NCBI GenBank assembly: GCA_964016885.1
Contig: OZ024741.1
Coordinates: forward strand, 43,338,001-43,402,000
DNA from: Eledone cirrhosa
Taxonomy: Eukaryota
Length of the DNA: 64,000 nt
Reading direction: 5' to 3'
This document shows positions 59,728 to 64,000 of this stretch, one piece after another. The first letter of the stretch is position 1; each line of letters begins with the position of its first letter. Made by a program: the position numbers and the translations under genes. Below the pieces are notes generated by a model. It saw only the letters and a program-made list of their open reading frames with translations, was not told the DNA's origin and did no database searches.

Positions 59728-61191
59728 TATATACATATAATATTGAACAATGAAAATAAATCAGAAAAGGTTTAGTAATTAATTAATTCGTTGTGTTATG
59801 AACGTTTCAAGGAATAAAATAAGTATAACCTAATGTGACCATCTTTATGTACGTGTAAAACGTTTCATTTATATATAAAACGTATTCTTCTGTGTATTGG
59901 GCTCATTCGAGTATAATGCGCAGCTATCTCCAACTAGAAAAATATATGGAAAAGCCCATTGATAACTATTGGACTTGCTTCAGTCAGTTTATGATGAAGA
60001 TTAATTTCTTGGTTAGTGAAAATTCTTTCATGTATTTTGTTTTTAGTGACTGATGAATATTATTCTTATAATTATGATAAATTAATGTCTATTCAACTAT
60101 TGATTTTCGCCTGATTTTATACAGGAAAAAATATGAACTGTACTTGATGTAGTGCTCAGATATGTTATAGTGTTTTGTTTTTTTATGTTATTATCAACAT
60201 AACAACATAATACATCCGTCTGTCTAGTTTTGTTCTTTAATCAGATAACATACGGATGATTTTCAGGTCAGGGCTGAGGACATGTCTTTAGTATTCACAC
60301 AAAAATTCAACACTTCATTACACACACAGATACACAAGTGATAGCGGAATAGTTATCAATGAAATACATAAAAACAGAGTATGAACCCAAACAGGGTTAG
60401 GTACAAACAGTGGAATACTCAGAAATTTCAAAAATAAATGAAAAAACATATACATTATCAATAAAACTTTATTCAAACATTTTACTACATAATATTTGAT
60501 AAGAAATGATACTATCGAAGTCATCAAGTACTCGGTGTTGTTAGATATTTGATATAGTTTCCAGTCTTCTGCACGGGAACAAGTCCGAAAACATAATTAG
60601 AAACATTTAGTTATCGTGTATACTACGCACCACCAAAACAAACAAGGAAAACGTGAAATATATTCTGCCATATACACAGAAGAATACGGTATTTACTATT
60701 TATTATTTATTACATACTATTGTATTTCTATCTTTACTTTCCACACTTTATGTAGCCTTCCTCCTAGCCTAGATGTCTCCTATAAGATTTAACCTGTTCG
60801 GTTGCATTTTTTAATAATATTCCAGAAACAGCAGTATCAATGCTAATGCTATGGAGTAGCATAACTGCCAATATATTAATAAATGTTTTCGATGGTTTGC
60901 TTTCTGAAACGATGGAAAAAAAAAAAGGATTAATTAACCACTAAGCATTAACTTATTTATTTTTATTTTTTTTAAATATATACCTGACTCTGTAGTATCT
61001 GAATACTCAATGACATGCACATTTTCATAAAACAAATTTAGCGTTGGTCGATGGAATATTTATATCAACATTATATTGAGTTCAAATATGTTTGTAGGTC
61101 TTAACATAATTGAATAGAATATCTCTCTCTCTTTCTCTCTGCTCTCTCTCTCTCTGTTGCTCTCTCTCTGTCTCTCTCTCTTTCTCTCTCT

Positions 61192-61293
<102 letters not shown>

Positions 61294-61989
61294 TGCATAG
61301 GTACAGACACTATTACACAGTCTTATATGCTCAGACGTATGCACACTCCTATGCATACACACATACACACATATGTGAACAAAAAATGAAAAATACGAAG
61401 AGAATGAGATAAACTAGTGTCAAACAAAATTGTTGAAAACATTGTATTGATTTTCTTAAAGATTTTGCGTATTATTCAATAAAGTCATATTTGCATTGCC
61501 AGAAAATACTTACATGAATAAGAAATTCCAAAGAGTAAGATGAAGCGACCAGAACTAGAAAATGTCCTTGAGATATAAATGAAAAGTTTAACAATTCTGA
61601 AAAGGACACATTTAATGCCTCAAAGATAAGATCTTGAATTATTTAGTTTGAGATATTTTTTTAAAACGTTTATACTAAATAATTGAAATGAAATAATAGT
61701 TAGGAGAAAACTGCAACAACGGTATGAAAATACAAACGAAGGAACAAAACAACAACAAAGTCAACGCCACAACTACTACTACCATCACACCCAACAATAC
61801 CAACAACAGCAACATCAACAACTACTACAACTACTACCAATGCTATTATTTTCATTATTTGAAACTTCCTTTGAATTGTTATCCTTTCCCAAATTATGCC
61901 AAGTCTCAACTTCATACCTGTGGCAAAATTTACACATGTTATCAATCAATTGGCATACAAATGATGCTACAAGCGCATAAACAACAGTA

Positions 61990-62200
61990 AATGCCTTTGC
62001 AAGGTTTTTTAATTAATAATGTCCTTCTCAGGAGATGCACAGTGTCAGTCAGCTCTATTTTCAGTACCTCTTGCAGAAATGGCTTTCCAGGTATCTGTTC
62101 CAAATATTTTTCAGTTCCATTTTTTATAATTCCAAGTGCAGCAACCATCACTGGTATTTTACAGGCCATAAGATGCCACATTTTCTCAATTTGAATTGAT
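61990..62200 (-). mobile_element. R4/Dong-like RLE 3' fragment
   Basis: IEKMWHL..IPVMVAALGIIK..LEQIPG...TVHLLRRTL. Confidence 0.65.
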
Positions 62201-63424
62201 TGATGTTTAAACCACCACCACCACTACCACTACCACCAAAATAGGACGGCCCTTAACAAAATGCCCTGATATTGTATTTGCCGTAAGTGCAGGGCAATTT
62301 GGGAGCATAAAAGTGCTATATATTTTCCTAGTTGATATTTGTTATTATTTTGTGTTGTTAACATAACAATTTCTAACAACCATTGCTATCGTTATAATTA
62401 CTGTTTTACGTTCTTGTTCGTCTACACTATGTTGTACTATCCAATGTGTTCGGTCCTTGTGGCCAATAACCAATATCATCAACATCATCATCATTATCGA
62501 CATTATTACTGTTATTATTGTTGTATTATTTCGTTTAGATCAGTTCTCTTTCTCTAGGGCAATAGAGGTTTGTATTGTATTATTATCTTCATCATCATTA
62601 CCATTATCATAGTCATCATGATCTTCCTCATCATCACCATCAGTAGTAGTAGTAGTAGTAGTAATTATTACTCTTATTATTATTGTGTGTTATCTCTGCA
62701 CTACCTTGTGCAGTTCTTTTGGCCCTGGGGAAGTGTCGTATTTTCATTTGCTTTTCAAATTTCTACTCTATTGAAAGTAATTTTGCGTACATTGTCAAGT
62801 ATTATTTTCTGTATATTGTGTGTCCGTACGTTGTCTATTTTCATAATGTATTTATGTGTCTGCAAAATGTTTAATCATTCCCGAGGCAACTATTATTGTA
62901 AGGATTGCTTGTGTTTTCACCAACCTCATTCTGATTCTCATCATTTCCAATCTTTACATATACTATTTTATTCCTTTACTAGATGCAGCCATCAGACTAG
63001 CCAGTCAATAACATCAGCCCCTCAGTACTTATATTTCTTAAAGTCTAATACTTCTTTTTTGATTGCTTTCTGTTGAACCGCAAACATACAGGAGATATGT
63101 TACGTGTCGTAAATGAACAATAAACACAGACCCGGAAACTCTTACACACAAACAAAAACAAGTATGTATATATATATATATCGTTCCAACATAACACCTT
63201 TCTTACCACTAACCAACTCATTGTGTATGCTTTAATATACAGACATGTTCCTAGGAAATACACGTTCTCTAAAGTCATTGAGCGAGTGGAAAATTCGGCG
63301 GGCTAGCACAAATTCAATTTGTCCGGTTCGATTGATATATATTTGATATATTTTATATATATTTATCCTTATCGAGACATCTTTTGATTTTATTCTTCAC
63401 ATTTATTATTATTATTATTATTAT

Positions 63425-64000
63425 TCTTTGAGTCTAAGTCATTGATGTTAGTTAACTGGAAAGTTTGTTGAAATGAATATCAAGCCACTACCTGCAATCT
63501 AAGATATTCAGAACGTATCGGAGGGTTCTTGCTGTTCCCAGCAAGCATGTCTTTTGAAGCGTTCCAAAAAGCGTGAAGGTGCCAATTTTCTTTAACCATC
63601 CCTGGAAACTTTTTGAGATAGTCCCTAGTGCGCCTATGACAGTCGGGATCACTTTGACTTCATGGCAGTTCCAAATCCCTTTTACCTCCCACTTTAAGTC
63701 CTGGTATCGGTTAATTTTCTCCCTCTCCTTCTCTTGCACTCTCGTGTCGAATGGGCAGGCCACATCCACAATCAGGCACCATCTTTTTTCTTTGTCCAAA
63801 ACCACCAGGTCAGGTCTATTGTGTTCCAGTTTCTTGTCCGTCTGTATCCTAAAATCCCACAGCACCTTCACCTGATCGTTTTCTATCACCGCCTATGGCT
63901 TATGCTCATACCACTTCTCAGAATGTGGTAAATTGTTTATTTGCATAGGTGCCAGTGGATCACCCTGCCCATCACATCATGTCTCCAGCCTTTATAGTGA
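63425..64000 (-). mobile_element. R4/Dong-like retrotransposon 3' end (RLE domain), continuing past the window edge
   Basis: [61 protein letters not shown]; ends at (TAA)n. Confidence 0.9.

Overview
AT-rich eukaryotic DNA that is almost entirely repeats and microsatellites. It is most likely an octopod cephalopod, inferred from the recurrent tRNA-derived SINE and the abundance of (TA)n and (CA)n. I found no convincing host gene. The window holds: (i) at least three lineages of Penelope-like elements (PLEs; RT + GIY-YIG), namely two near-intact Naiad-like copies (11439-16348, 51742-54962), several Neptune/Nematis-like copies and a Poseidon-like remnant; (ii) a full-length decayed Tx1/L1-clade LINE (23827-29801), a near full-length RTE LINE (56490-59727), and R4/Dong and CRE remnants; (iii) about ten SINE copies. 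The most striking hidden layer is about 20 type-I hammerhead ribozyme (HHR) motifs from several unrelated families, found by reading both strands, including non-canonical cores. Many lie in fold-back (inverted) insertions in (TA)n tracts that share one asymmetric design: a long arm with an extra tail, a turn often at or near the ribozyme, and a short arm ending at a TA microhomology. All calls were made by eye; no alignments, folding runs or database searches were done.
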